From an uncultured Bacteroidaceae bacterium (GTDB taxonomy: Bacteria > Bacteroidota > Bacteroidia > Bacteroidales > SM23-62), in the NCBI GenBank assembly GCA_964420035.1, contig CAYQQR010000001.1:41283-105282 (forward strand): DNA of 64,000 bases. Direction: 5' to 3'. Under the pieces are notes generated by a model. That model worked only from the letters and a program-made list of their open reading frames with translations. It ran no database searches and had not been told where the DNA came from. Position numbers and translations under genes: made by a program. Positions 20,152-29,124 of the stretch are shown in pieces. How positions within the stretch are numbered: position 1 is the first letter of the stretch; each line of letters opens with the position of its first letter.

Positions 20152-22331
20152 CGTTTCAGGGATATTGATTTGTGTTTTGTTTCTTTGATCGTGTGTATAC
20201 CCGAACGGTCTATTTCAATGTCAAAGCTGAAATGTAATTGGAGTTTTCCCAGGACTTTTTTCAATGTGCCGCTTTCTATCTGAATGCGGGAGGGAGAAAT
20301 TTCATCATCCCTGTTCCGGTGCCGCGAAAAATATTCAGCGCTTAACCAGGTAAAGAAAGGAGCACTAAAATCATGAAGGGTCATTTTCCAGGTTTTATGG
20401 ACCAGGTTGGCCGGGAAGGAATCCGTAATTTTCAAGTCCTGGTAGTATCCCTGAATTACCTTGTAAAGCGCATTTACAAAAAAGTAAAGGCCTGAGGATT
20501 TGGGGCCCTTGAATTTCGTGAAATAGAAGACATTGTTGGTATTGACAAAATATGCCATGGCACCGGTTTCAGCACAATGCAGGTAGGACTGATTGTATGG
20601 ATCAGTGTGAATTTCAAAGGTCAACCTGCTTGATTTCCCTTTAGTATTGAACATGAAGCACAACCTTCTTCCCGGCACAAAATCAAAAGCTTCTTTTAAC
20701 AGCTTATCCGAAGTGATCCTGGAGATTCGGTCGTTTTCTTCAGGATAGCCAAAGGATAAAAATTTACTTTTGTCCTTTCCATGTAAGATGTAGAAGGAAA
20801 CAGGATATTTTCGGGTAGCAGAACCTATATAAGGTGTTTCCTGTATCTGAAAATGCAAATGGGGATAAGGAGAACGCCCCGAATTACCACACCGGGCCAG
20901 AACCTGACCTGTAGAAACCCTGTCCCCTGCACGTACATTAATGCTCCCCTTTTTCAAGTGGCTCAATTTTGAATATAAATGATCATCGTGTTTGATTATT
21001 ACGGTGTTCCCCCAGTTTTCTTCAAGATTAATTTCACCCACCCGATTGTCTTTTACCTGGTCCTGAATGGTTTCAATGGTTCCCGGTCCGGGAGCCAGTA
21101 TCTGACGACCATAGCAAAAATAGTCTTCATGCTTGTTACCCTCATTTTTATACTGTTTGTCATTACGTCCAAGGATTACGAAATCCCAGGCATAGCGCCA
21201 CTCATCTTTATGGGTGTATTTTCCGTTAAATGCCTGTGAAACCGACCAGGTTCCGTAAAAAGGAAGAAGCAGTTGATGTTTTCCCTGCCCTTGAAAACGT
21301 TTCCGGTTCAGAAAATGATTGTAAAGGTTTTTTTCCGGGACAAATTCCTGTACGTACACTTCTTTTAAACCCTCAGAGGGATGTGTCCTGTATTTCAGCG
21401 CATACAGGTAAAGTAAAACAATTATATTAAATGGCAGAGAATAAACCGGCAGTCCAATGATGGACAACACACCGTTAAGACTAACTGTGACCAGTGCAAC
21501 CACAGGGATCAGTATAACCACCCAAACATATGAACGAATGCCCGGTACAACAAAGTATCCACCTATGGCTATAGCGGTTAGAATGTAGTTGAATCCAATA
21601 TAACTGTAATTCAGATCGGTAAGATCGGCACCAATAAATGTATAGAAAAGATAAGCTGAAAAAAATCCCAGGAAGGAAAGGGTCCAGGCAATCCGGGAAT
21701 AGATCAGAATGCCAATGGAAATGATGACCCCGGAAAACACACTGAATTGAAAAAAAATGGCACCAAGGGAAATAAAATATATCCTCAATGTTCGTGGAAT
21801 GGCCAAATGGTTCCACCATTCATAGATTTGCACGAGTTTATTGCCCCCGAGCATGTACAGATCGTTAAGCTTAAAGATTGCCCGCGTACTCAATCCAAGA
21901 GCATCAAACTGTGAAGCGGACAACAAAAGGGTCCATACACCAAAAAGGAATGGGATGCTGAGATAGGGCAAACCGTATTTAGTAAGTATTCCCTGGAATA
22001 AAAGGGTCACGAACAAAGTAAAAATACCGCCCAGGATAATGAGAAGCGTTAATTCAATACAAGGCTCATAGTTGATGCCCAGACCCAGGCCCACCAGAAG
22101 GGCATTGAATCCATAATGGCCCTCCCGGATCATATAGGCACTCATGCGCATCAGGGAGGCAACTAAATTGGCAGTAAGTACACTCAGCAGACCGTACAAA
22201 CCTGTATATACATCAAAGAAGGTAACGAAGACCAGAATTCCGGAAAATAACAGATTTCTTGAGAAAAAAACCTGCGAATAACCGCGGGCAAGTGATTTCA
22301 GGAAAGTTATTGTTGTTAATTTTTCCTGCAT
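20139..22331 (-). CDS. fusion protein: urea-transporter-like polytopic membrane domain + M23 peptidase domain + C-terminal domain of unknown function
   Basis: 730 aa; N-terminal LARGYSQVFFSRNLLFSGILVF resembles the UT family signature, followed by about 9-10 helices; M23 core GNTVIIKHDDHLYSKLSHL...GNSGRSPYPHLHFQIQ. Confidence 0.7.
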   Translation of the reverse strand: MQEKLTTITFLKSLARGYSQVFFSRNLLFSGILVFVTFFDVYTGLYGLLSVLTANLVASLMRMSAYMIREGHYGFNALLVGLGLGINYEPCIELTLLIILGGIFTLFVTLLFQGILTKYGLPYLSIPFLFGVWTLLLSASQFDALGLSTRAIFKLNDLYMLGGNKLVQIYEWWNHLAIPRTLRIYFISLGAIFFQFSVFSGVIISIGILIYSRIAWTLSFLGFFSAYLFYTFIGADLTDLNYSYIGFNYILTAIAIGGYFVVPGIRSYVWVVILIPVVALVTVSLNGVLSIIGLPVYSLPFNIIVLLYLYALKYRTHPSEGLKEVYVQEFVPEKNLYNHFLNRKRFQGQGKHQLLLPFYGTWSVSQAFNGKYTHKDEWRYAWDFVILGRNDKQYKNEGNKHEDYFCYGRQILAPGPGTIETIQDQVKDNRVGEINLEENWGNTVIIKHDDHLYSKLSHLKKGSINVRAGDRVSTGQVLARCGNSGRSPYPHLHFQIQETPYIGSATRKYPVSFYILHGKDKSKFLSFGYPEENDRISRITSDKLLKEAFDFVPGRRLCFMFNTKGKSSRLTFEIHTDPYNQSYLHCAETGAMAYFVNTNNVFYFTKFKGPKSSGLYFFVNALYKVIQGYYQDLKITDSFPANLVHKTWKMTLHDFSAPFFTWLSAEYFSRHRNRDDEISPSRIQIESGTLKKVLGKLQLHFSFDIEIDRSGIHTIKETKHKSISLKRCKE

Positions 22332-22336
22332 GCAGC

Positions 22337-23683
22337 TTATTTAAGATGTTCCGGTAATACTTCCTTCGACAGAATGTCGTCAAGAGATTCTGCCTTCCGG
22401 ATCACATGGGGTTGACCTTTCATATCGATCATCACTACATTAGGACGCAGGGTGATAAACTGCAGCCACTGAGTCATATTGTATGCACCGACTCTCTTGA
22501 TAACATAATGATCACCTTTTTTTAGCAATGGGAACGAAACCGCTTCACGGATCACGTCAATATTCATGCACAGCGGACCGTAAATGCTCATGTCTTCCTG
22601 GTGTTCCGACACGGGTTGGGCCGGGTGGATCTCATGTTCATACCAGAAGGAAGTAAACAACAGGTTTACTCCGGTATCCACAATCGTTGATCTTCGGCCA
22701 TCCGATAATCTTTTGTTGGCCAGGACCGTACCCAACAAGTATCCGGCATCATCGATCAGGGCCCGGCCGGTTTCCAGGATCAGTAAGGGCAGATTGTCGG
22801 GTTTAATATTGGAATTCAGCAGGGCGCCGGTAATTGCATCTGCATATTCATCGGGCCCGGGGACAATATCCGTGCCGGGCAGATAAGAACCTTTCAATGT
22901 GTTCCTGGAGGCAAACCCCCCGCCAACATCAATATAGCTTATCTTATGATCAAATTTGTCCATGATGCTGAATGCAAGATGTGCCAATTTTTCCGTGGCG
23001 ATTTTGTAGGCATTGGATGTCAGCATGAAGGTGCCGATGTGGGTATGCAGTCCTGTCAACTCCATCCGTTTGTTATACATGATCCGGTTCAAAGCATCCC
23101 AGGCATCCCCGTTCTCGTAACTGAATCCAAAACGGTCCCATATGGGATAAACCCCGGTATCCATATTGACCCTGATGGCAACACGGGGTTTCTTCTCAGT
23201 CTTCTGTGCCAATTTGTCAATAGTGAACAATTCATCAAAATGATCGATGTGGATCAGGGAGTTGTTTTTAATGGCCAGATCCAGATCTTCCCCCGTCTTG
23301 TCCGGACCGTTGAATATAATATTGGATCCCTTGACCCCCAGGTGCAGTGCCTTTCTATATTCAAATCCAGACACTACCTCTGCCCATGAACCTTCCTGGT
23401 GAAAAACCCGGCAAACGGAATCCAGGTAGTTGGTCTTGTATGACCAGGCAAACTGAACTTTGGGATAACGGGAAGCGAACAGATCCTTAAACTCATTATA
23501 GGTTTCCCTGATAGTCTTTTCCGAAAGGACAAAAAGCGGGGACCCATACTGATCCAATAGTCCCTTTACCGATACATTATCAATATGGGTTATCGGTTCT
23601 ATGCCTGTTTTAAGGCCGAACTTTTCGGGCATTCCCGTTGATAATTTTTTGATGTAGGGCCGCTCAAAAGGTAATTTATCCAT
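22337..23683 (-). CDS. fold-type III PLP-dependent decarboxylase (Orn/DAP/Arg decarboxylase family)
   Basis: 448 aa; candidate PLP-lysine in AWSYKTNY, glycine loop DVGGGF, ETGRAL (EPGR-like), catalytic-Cys motif GPLCMNID. Confidence 0.8.
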   Translation of the reverse strand: MDKLPFERPYIKKLSTGMPEKFGLKTGIEPITHIDNVSVKGLLDQYGSPLFVLSEKTIRETYNEFKDLFASRYPKVQFAWSYKTNYLDSVCRVFHQEGSWAEVVSGFEYRKALHLGVKGSNIIFNGPDKTGEDLDLAIKNNSLIHIDHFDELFTIDKLAQKTEKKPRVAIRVNMDTGVYPIWDRFGFSYENGDAWDALNRIMYNKRMELTGLHTHIGTFMLTSNAYKIATEKLAHLAFSIMDKFDHKISYIDVGGGFASRNTLKGSYLPGTDIVPGPDEYADAITGALLNSNIKPDNLPLLILETGRALIDDAGYLLGTVLANKRLSDGRRSTIVDTGVNLLFTSFWYEHEIHPAQPVSEHQEDMSIYGPLCMNIDVIREAVSFPLLKKGDHYVIKRVGAYNMTQWLQFITLRPNVVMIDMKGQPHVIRKAESLDDILSKEVLPEHLK

Positions 23684-23695
23684 GTGGTTTATTCT

Positions 23696-24742
23696 TTAGT
23701 ATTCTCCTGTTGTTGATATGGCTTCAAAAGCTTTCAGGTCGCAGATCATATCGTATGAATAGCGAACAAACATTTTACCTGTATCATATTTGTTATAAGG
23801 CTCAATTTCCTTACCCAGGGCAAGCAAGACCAATGCTTCCGGTAAATTCTGCCCGGCTCCGACGGCAAGATATACCCAGGCCGGGATCCGGGGATTGATC
23901 TCGATTAGGTACAATTCGTCATCGGCATTTCTGATCAACTCCAGCTCCATCCCTCCGCGCCATTTGGTTTCGGCAATAACACGGTGGGTAAGGTCCAGCA
24001 TGTTCTTGTCATCTACAGTGATTCCTCCCCAGGCCTTGCCTTTATCGGTAATATATTGTTTTCTCATGGGGACCGCGCCCACCGTGTTGCCATGACCGTC
24101 ACCCAGGGCCACCACATTAACCTCGGTACCTTTAATGAATTCCTGAACAATGATGGGAAGGCCCCATTTGGCCATGATCTTATGGTAATACATTATTACC
24201 TGTTCATCATTATAAGCCGTATATGCATCATAAAACCGGCCTTTCACAAAAACAGGATATTCAAATTCTTTTTTAATCCTTGCGATATCCGAAAGATTAA
24301 AAAGCGAAATACTGTTGGGAACAGAAACTTTATACTTTTTGCCAAACTCGGGTAGGTTTTCTTTATGCCTTTCCTCTAACTGTTGCAGACCGGGCAGGAA
24401 AGTTTTTATCCCCATATTCGTTAACTGTGCAGAGGCTTTTATAAAGGTATAGAGCTCCGCATCAAAATTGGGGATGAGGAGATCGACAGAAGCTTTATTG
24501 TTAATTTCCCGGATGCGCTCCAATACGGCATTGGTTCCTTTCGAAGGATATGGTATCTGATAGGTTTTATCCACCAGTTCCCTGAGATAAATGCCGGGTT
24601 CAAGGCTCTCGTAAGCCAAACCTATTATATAGGGTTCCAGTACCTTTGATTCCCGGATGCCGCGTATGACCGGAATGCCCGGACCGGGATTATCCGTATT
24701 ATTAAGTCCCGTTATAGCGATGTTGACCTTAATTTTCTTCAT
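23696..24742 (-). CDS. ATP-grasp domain ligase
   Basis: 348 aa; YPVFVKG, IVQEFIKGTE and LYLIEINPRIPAW motifs characteristic of ATP-grasp (carboxylate-amine/thiol ligase) enzymes. Confidence 0.8.
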   Translation of the reverse strand: MKKIKVNIAITGLNNTDNPGPGIPVIRGIRESKVLEPYIIGLAYESLEPGIYLRELVDKTYQIPYPSKGTNAVLERIREINNKASVDLLIPNFDAELYTFIKASAQLTNMGIKTFLPGLQQLEERHKENLPEFGKKYKVSVPNSISLFNLSDIARIKKEFEYPVFVKGRFYDAYTAYNDEQVIMYYHKIMAKWGLPIIVQEFIKGTEVNVVALGDGHGNTVGAVPMRKQYITDKGKAWGGITVDDKNMLDLTHRVIAETKWRGGMELELIRNADDELYLIEINPRIPAWVYLAVGAGQNLPEALVLLALGKEIEPYNKYDTGKMFVRYSYDMICDLKAFEAISTTGEY

Positions 24743-24983
24743 TTTCCTCGATAAGGTGGTATGTTCTCAGACTTGATGTGAAGTCGAGCAAATGACGGTC
24801 CAATGTTTCATGGTCAACATCATATTTATCCATCATAATGGACGTAAGCTCCTCCATTGATTTACCTTCCTGTTGTAAAGCAATAATATCCCGGCCAACC
24901 TGGTTCAGGGAAAATGACTCCCCGGTTGAGGGATTGAAAAGAAATCCGGAAGGACTGAGCGCTATATTATCTTTTATTTTCAT
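24729..24983 (-). CDS. PqqD family protein (RRE-like peptide/carrier chaperone)
   Basis: 84 aa; G.SF.LN..G..I pattern, then a helical part ending DFTSSLRTYHLIE, as in PqqD-like proteins; 14-nt overlap with the ATP-grasp gene. Confidence 0.7.
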   Translation of the reverse strand: MKIKDNIALSPSGFLFNPSTGESFSLNQVGRDIIALQQEGKSMEELTSIMMDKYDVDHETLDRHLLDFTSSLRTYHLIEENEEN

Positions 24984-25084
24984 TGAGATTATTATGAACG
25001 TATTCTATAAACATTACAAGGCACATATTGGTATAAACACACATGAACATCAATAAACCCCTATTATTAAACCTTAATCTATAT

Positions 25085-26032
25085 TTATGAACCACAGTCT
25101 CTGTCTTCTTCGGTGAACAGGTCATCTCTCGTGATTCCATACTTTTCCTCTTTCTCAATATTACCATAGGGTTCAATATGGATCACAACGTCGTAGATAT
25201 TATCAATGGCTTTGCGGATACTATACTCAACTTTTTGCCCGATCTCATGGGCCTTATAAACATTCTGGTCTCCATCCACTTCCAGGTCGATGGCCACCAG
25301 GTAAAACTTGGCGATCTTCCTGATCCTGATCCGGTGTGGATTATGGGCACCCGGAACCTGCTCCACGGCATGGATCACGGTACTGTACAAGCCGGGATCA
25401 TCCACCCCGTCCATCAGATCCCGGTTGGTCTGCATGAAAATCTGAAATGCCACTTTCAAAATCCAGGCACTTACCAGCAAAGCTGCAACAGAATCAAGAA
25501 TGGGCATCTCCAGGATAAAGGTGAAGAACAATCCGACCAGTACAGCAAGGGAAATAAGTACGTCATTTTGCATGTTCCGCGCGTTGGCCCGGAGCATTTC
25601 GCTCATACTTTTTTTCCCTCGGCTGTGAAGGTAACGGGCCAGTATGAATTTGGCGAGGATGGAAAAAATGGTCACGTGAATAGCAATTATACCAGGCATT
25701 TCCCGGGGCGTTCCTTCGATCAGGGCACCTGTGGTTGAAATGGCCAGTTGGGCCCCGGCAAAGGCAATCACAAAAGACAGGGCCTTGGTGGCCACGGTAT
25801 CGGCTTTCAAATACCCATAAGGATATCGTTTATCCGGGGGCCTGGCAATAATTCTGGCCGTGAACAAGGTGATCAGGGAGGTGATGATATCACTTGCCGA
25901 GTCAATGCCATCGCCGATAACCGCCAAACTTCCGGAAATCAAACCGACAGAGATCTTAAGTGCAGCCAATAGGGCATTTCCGGCAATACTGATCCGGGAA
26001 GCCCGGATGATGGTTTTGGCAAAAGCATTCAT
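25085..26032 (-). CDS. cation diffusion facilitator family transporter (FieF-like)
   Basis: 315 aa; SGSLAVIGDGIDSASD signature, 6 TM helices, cytoplasmic C-terminal domain. Confidence 0.85.
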   Translation of the reverse strand: MNAFAKTIIRASRISIAGNALLAALKISVGLISGSLAVIGDGIDSASDIITSLITLFTARIIARPPDKRYPYGYLKADTVATKALSFVIAFAGAQLAISTTGALIEGTPREMPGIIAIHVTIFSILAKFILARYLHSRGKKSMSEMLRANARNMQNDVLISLAVLVGLFFTFILEMPILDSVAALLVSAWILKVAFQIFMQTNRDLMDGVDDPGLYSTVIHAVEQVPGAHNPHRIRIRKIAKFYLVAIDLEVDGDQNVYKAHEIGQKVEYSIRKAIDNIYDVVIHIEPYGNIEKEEKYGITRDDLFTEEDRDCGS

Positions 26033-26094
26033 ACCTGCGAACTTAGAAAAAAAGAATATATGAATGTATTAATACCAGTTTTACTCCACGAATT

Positions 26095-26183
26095 TTCACC
26101 CACCCTCTATATCTCGCTCCCTAAAAATGTATACCAAGTGTCTAGCACGTTGTATACTTTCTTTAGGGGGTGGGGCGGGTGAA
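26095..26183. promoter_or_regulatory. 89-nt segmented imperfect palindrome in a divergent promoter region
   Basis: Nested arms TTCACCCACCC/GGGCGGGTGAA, CCCTAAA/TTTAGGG, GTATAC/GTATAC; lies between CDF (-, start 26032) and the Cys-rich gene (+, start 26331). Confidence 0.4.
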
Positions 26184-26330
26184 TGAATTAAAAATGGAAT
26201 GGGTAATTTCCTGTTCCTATAAGATGAATTTAAGTCAAATCGGTGATATTTAAGACTTTGCTGTTAATAACTTGTTAAAGCTCACGATATTGTGAAATCA
26301 TGAATCTTAGAATCATATTTTTGCCCTTGC

Positions 26331-26777
26331 ATGAATTATCTCAGGTACATATTGAACCTGTTTTTAATGGTACCATTCCTGATGGCATCGGCCGGCATAG
26401 GGATATATCTGCATCATTGCAATATGCAGAAAACATCACATGTATCCCTCACAGCCGTAGAATCCTGTTGCCTGCAAAACAGGGATGCTGGTCCGGATGA
26501 TTGCTGTGACACCGGCCATAATAAAGAAAGTTTCAGCAATGATATCGAAAAGGATTGTTGCAACACCGACTTTGAATACTATAAAATAGAAAACGATTAT
26601 AAAGTATCCCAGGAGAAAAAAACGGTCCCACCGGTTATCACTGTAAATAACCAATCACCCCGGGCCGATTTAGGAGCTCAGGCTTCTGTTCAGAAAAAAG
26701 GGAACGTCAACCATTATTTTCCCCCTGGATCCTCTTCTTCACCCATCTACATCCGGATTGCCCATTTACGCTTATGA
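26331..26777 (+). CDS. Cys-rich single-pass membrane protein (HxC/CC/PP motif family; I believe it corresponds to the family named HYC_CC_PP), paralog 1
   Basis: 148 aa; N-terminal TM helix, then GIGIYLHHC, SCC, DCC, DCC, YYKIENDYKV and tail FPPGSSSSPIYIRIAHLRL; alignable along its length with 32599-33041. Confidence 0.6.
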   Translation: MNYLRYILNLFLMVPFLMASAGIGIYLHHCNMQKTSHVSLTAVESCCLQNRDAGPDDCCDTGHNKESFSNDIEKDCCNTDFEYYKIENDYKVSQEKKTVPPVITVNNQSPRADLGAQASVQKKGNVNHYFPPGSSSSPIYIRIAHLRL

Positions 26778-26864
26778 GTTTCTGCACTGTCCTGCACCCC
26801 TGCAGGATTAGTCTGATTCTTTCCCCAATCCAGCTATTATAAATCGCATAAGTGTAAATTAACA

Positions 26865-29105
26865 ATGAAAAAATTAATCCTTTTATTCAGTATCCTATTG
26901 TACCCGTTGACCCTCGTGAACCTGAATGCCCAGGAGCATGATCATGAACCGGGGGTCCATGGACGGGTGGTACAGCTCGGTGCCGACGGGGAAAAGATCC
27001 CCCTTGAATTTGTAAATGTATATTGGCTCGGAGCGACCAGGGGAACCATCACCGGTAAAGACGGTCATTTTCACCTGCCCGGGCGCCGTGAAAGCGAAGC
27101 AAAACTTGTCGTCAGCTACATTGGCTTCGAAAATGATACCATTGCGGTTCCCGGCGGCACGGATCATTTTGAGATCCTCCTTGAGAAGGCCCGGGAGATA
27201 GAAGAAGTAGTTGTTGCCAAAAGGCTGGGGGGGACCATGATCTCAAGGATTCAACCCATGCAGATCTCCACCATCACCGAAAAGGGCTTGCAAAAGCTTG
27301 CCTGTTGCAACCTTTCGGAGAGTTTTGAGAACAGCGCCACGGTTGATGTGGGCTTCAGCGACGCGGTAACCGGTTCGAAAAAGATACAGATGCTTGGACT
27401 AGACGGAGTCTACAGCCAGATGATGTTTGAAAATATTCCCATACTCCGGGGCCTGGAGGCCGCTTACGGACTCAGTCATATACCCGGTACCTGGATGGAA
27501 TCCATACAGGTTTCCAAAGGCACCGCTTCGGTGATGAACGGCTATGAGTCCACCACCGGACAGATCAATCTGGAATACCGGAAGCCCCAGGATTCCGAAC
27601 CTCTATACGTCAACCTGTATGGAAACAGCAAAGGACGCCTGGAGGCTAATTTTCACAGCGCTGTTCCGGTGGGGGAGAAATTAGCAACTATGCTGCTGGG
27701 ACATATCTCGATGACAGGAACCAAACACGATAAAAACCAGGACGGATTCCTGGATATTCCACTCTCCCAACAGATAAATCTTTTTAACCGGTGGAAATAT
27801 ACCGGGGAACGTTCCAGTGCTCAATTCGGACTGTCTTATCTGGATGAAACACGCGACGGGGGACAGGTTGATTATGATCATGATGAAGATATCAGGACCA
27901 ACGGTTTGTACGGGACCAGTATACACTCCAGGAGGTACCATGCCTATGGTAAATACGGGATCAGCTATCCCTCCAAACCCTATCAAAGCATAGGTTTTAT
28001 AGGATCATTCACCCGGCACGAACAGGATTCCTATTTTGGGAATAACGATTATACGGGTGAGCAGACCAGCGGGTATTTCAACATGATCTACCAGGGGATC
28101 CTGGGAACCACGGCTCATAAGATCAACGGAGGTTTCAGTTTTACCTATGATCATATTATGGAAAGCTATGACAGTCTGAGCTTTGACAGGCAAGAGTATG
28201 TCCCGGGCATATTCGGGCAGTATACCTATTCCGACCTGGAAAACTGGACCGTGATAGTGGGCATACGCCTGGATTATAATTCGCATCACGGACTCTTGTA
28301 TACACCCAGGCTGCATAGCAAATACGATTTCGATGAAAACACCATTCTGCGCGCTACCCTGGGTAAAGCTTACCGCTCACCCAACATCTTTTCTGAAAAC
28401 CAGCGTTACCTGGTAAGCTCCAGGAACATGATCATTCAGGAAGAACCTGAGATCGAAGAAGCCTGGAACATGGGATTGAACCTGACCCGTCATTTTCCCC
28501 TGGCCGGGCAGAGGGAAGCCGTATTCAGCGTGGATTTTTACAGGACCCGGTTTGTAAAACAACTTATCGTTGATGCCGACCAAAGTGCACGGGCCGTATA
28601 CTTTTATAATCTTGACGGTACATCCTATTCCAATGCCTTGCAGGCAGATTTCCTCGTGCAGCCCCTGAACGGCCTGGAAATTAACCTGGCCTACCGGCTG
28701 AACGATGTACATGCCACCTACAATGGAGCATTGAAAGAAGTTCCCCTGGTGGGCAGGCACAAGGGATTGTTTTCCCTTGGTTATGCAACCCGGTTTGAAA
28801 TCTGGCAGGTGGATTTTACCGGTCAGTGGACCGGCAGCGCGCACCTGCCCAATACCGGGGATAATCCACCGGAGTATCAGCGGGGTAAAAGATCGCCCGA
28901 CTTTTTCATGATCCATGCCCAGCTGACCAGGCGTTTTAAGCATTTTGATGTCTATGCGGGTGGTGAAAACCTCCTCGACTTCAGGCAGGAGGATCCCATT
29001 GTTGCAGCAGACGATCCCTTCGGGGAATATTTCGATGCCTCCATGATATGGGGTCCGCTGAGCGGAAGAATGTTCTACGCGGGATTAAGAATAAGTATTG
29101 AATAA
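26865..29105 (+). CDS. TonB-dependent receptor with N-terminal carboxypeptidase-regulatory-like domain
   Basis: 746 aa; signal peptide, His-rich EHDHEPGVHG, CarboxypepD_reg-like HGRVV...TGKDGHFHL, plug, long beta-barrel, C-terminal ...FYAGLRISIE. Confidence 0.9.
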   Translation: MKKLILLFSILLYPLTLVNLNAQEHDHEPGVHGRVVQLGADGEKIPLEFVNVYWLGATRGTITGKDGHFHLPGRRESEAKLVVSYIGFENDTIAVPGGTDHFEILLEKAREIEEVVVAKRLGGTMISRIQPMQISTITEKGLQKLACCNLSESFENSATVDVGFSDAVTGSKKIQMLGLDGVYSQMMFENIPILRGLEAAYGLSHIPGTWMESIQVSKGTASVMNGYESTTGQINLEYRKPQDSEPLYVNLYGNSKGRLEANFHSAVPVGEKLATMLLGHISMTGTKHDKNQDGFLDIPLSQQINLFNRWKYTGERSSAQFGLSYLDETRDGGQVDYDHDEDIRTNGLYGTSIHSRRYHAYGKYGISYPSKPYQSIGFIGSFTRHEQDSYFGNNDYTGEQTSGYFNMIYQGILGTTAHKINGGFSFTYDHIMESYDSLSFDRQEYVPGIFGQYTYSDLENWTVIVGIRLDYNSHHGLLYTPRLHSKYDFDENTILRATLGKAYRSPNIFSENQRYLVSSRNMIIQEEPEIEEAWNMGLNLTRHFPLAGQREAVFSVDFYRTRFVKQLIVDADQSARAVYFYNLDGTSYSNALQADFLVQPLNGLEINLAYRLNDVHATYNGALKEVPLVGRHKGLFSLGYATRFEIWQVDFTGQWTGSAHLPNTGDNPPEYQRGKRSPDFFMIHAQLTRRFKHFDVYAGGENLLDFRQEDPIVAADDPFGEYFDASMIWGPLSGRMFYAGLRISIE

Positions 29106-29124
29106 TCATTAAAAAAGATAAACG

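Noticed and set aside
24967-25050. 27-codon ORF (MFMCVYTNMCLVMFIEYVHNNLNENKR) just upstream of and overlapping the PqqD start, as a possible RiPP precursor
   Set aside because: There is no leader/core organisation, no conservation evidence, and it is hydrophobic and AT-driven. It is worth a tBLASTN check but not supportable from this window alone.
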